Below, piece by piece: positions 13,466 to 14,514 of a DNA stretch of 14,514 nt (the first letter of the stretch is position 1; every line of letters starts with the position of its first letter). The notes under the pieces are model-generated. The model was not told where the DNA came from, made no database searches, and saw nothing but the letters and a program-made list of their open reading frames with translations. This stretch comes from a virus (taxonomy: Duplodnaviria; Heunggongvirae; Uroviricota; Caudoviricetes): the IMG/VR virus record IMGVR_UViG_2724678985_000014; one strand, 5' to 3'. The translations under genes and the position numbers were made by a program.

Positions 13466-14514
13466 CCGTCTCCGGTCAGGGCAACGCCCTGTGGCAGTGA
13501 AGATACCGGCCAGTAAAACGCCATAACATACTGGTTCGCAGCCAGCGCTCCCGAAACCTTAAAGCGGCAGCGAATCTGCCCCCCTTTCTGTAACAGAGCC
13601 GCACCGTTGCCCGCGGCGTACTCCAGCACCCAGCTGCTTTTACCGGCTTCCTTGGTCAGCTTCACTGCCTTACCTCCGGTTCCCTCCGCATCGCTGACCA
13701 CTTCTGCCCTGCCGCCACTGGCTGACCATCCCTGTACTTTCAGGCTTCCCTCTGACTCGCTGGCAAGGTAAGAGAGCAGTGTTGTGACGCCTGTGGCTTC
13801 TGCACCGGAAGGCGATGACGGGCGCACCTCTGATACTGTCGATGATGCCCCCGCGTTTAGCGCCACTCTTCCCGCATGGCGCAAAATCGCCGTTGCCAGA
13901 CGGTCGGAAATAATCCCACGGCGTGCCCAGGCGCTGAAATGGCTCGCCCTGTCCTGTGACGTCCAGGTGGCTGAGCTGTCACGCCATTTCGAACCGTAAT
14001 ATCCGATACCCGGAATGTCCGGGTCTTCTTCCGGTTTGTTCGTCGGCACATTCACCCCATTCTCATCCGTCATGAACGGTACGAAATGGATATTCTTTTC
14101 CGTTTTGTTTTTGTAGCTGCCGTACACCGTCTGGTACGAGGATTCGTTCTTCTGCTTCCAGAAATACGTCGTGTCCCCGCATATCCAGGGAACACCGTCA
14201 GCAGAGCCACCGACGCACTGACCTGCCATATCCGCCAGGTCTGCACGGAATTTATCAACCTGCGCACCAAACTGTGCTGCGTGATTTGCCGGCGTACCGC
14301 CAAAATCAAATTCCCCCTGCATCCACACCACGGCAAACAGCACATTTTTCGGATTCTTCTTCAGTGCTGCTTTTGTTCGACCGATAAGGTCCTTATACAG
14401 CGGCTTGTCCACACCCCAGCGGGTTGAATTCTCCGAGGCACCACTCGCGTCACTGTCTGTGCCATCCGCCCCGGTGGTGAACGCTGAACCACCACGACAG
14501 CACGGAACCAGCAG
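13466..14514 (-). CDS. Partial NanS-p-like prophage esterase (sialate O-acetylesterase / SASA family); 5' end beyond the window, 3' end lost in the N gap
   Basis: The frame is open from the window edge (14514) to the gap; the ORF-track M at 14412 is a GTG inside a longer frame. Contains VVWMQGEFD, resembling the SASA-family W.QGESD block, then a long Ser/Gly/Ala-rich C-terminal region. Lying upstream of S on the late strand is where Stx and related lambdoid prophages carry nanS-p (recollection). Confidence 0.55.

Noticed and set aside
1-14514. CRISPR arrays, tRNA/rRNA genes, integrase or att sites, IS elements
   Set aside because: No regularly spaced direct repeats, no cloverleaf-like or rRNA-like sequence, no recombinase-like ORF and no IS-type terminal inverted repeats were seen. 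The window is consistent with an interior late region of a prophage.

Overview
This window is the late (lysis, packaging, head, proximal tail) region of a lambda-like prophage of an enterobacterium, read almost entirely on the minus strand. From high to low coordinates: a partial NanS-p-like esterase gene (5' end off-window, 3' end lost in a 200-nt N gap at 13266-13465), two small unannotated ORFs, an S21-type pinholin, an unexplained ~560-bp insert, a GH24 endolysin, a micro-ORF, Rz/Rz1, an AT-rich accessory island (PerC/Pch-family regulator convergent with a ribbon-helix-helix ORF), a lambda-identical cosN, then Nu1, A, W, B, C/Nu3, D, E, FI, FII, Z, U and the first 24 codons of V. Gene identities rest on my reading of the supplied translations against remembered lambda, phage 21 and E. 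coli prophage proteins; no database search was run. I found no CRISPR array, tRNA/rRNA gene, integrase or att site. The most unusual parts are the insert between holin and endolysin, the micro-ORF coupled to Rz, the accessory island beside cos, and several hairpins and palindromes inside the late operon. I see no single clearly novel multi-gene system.
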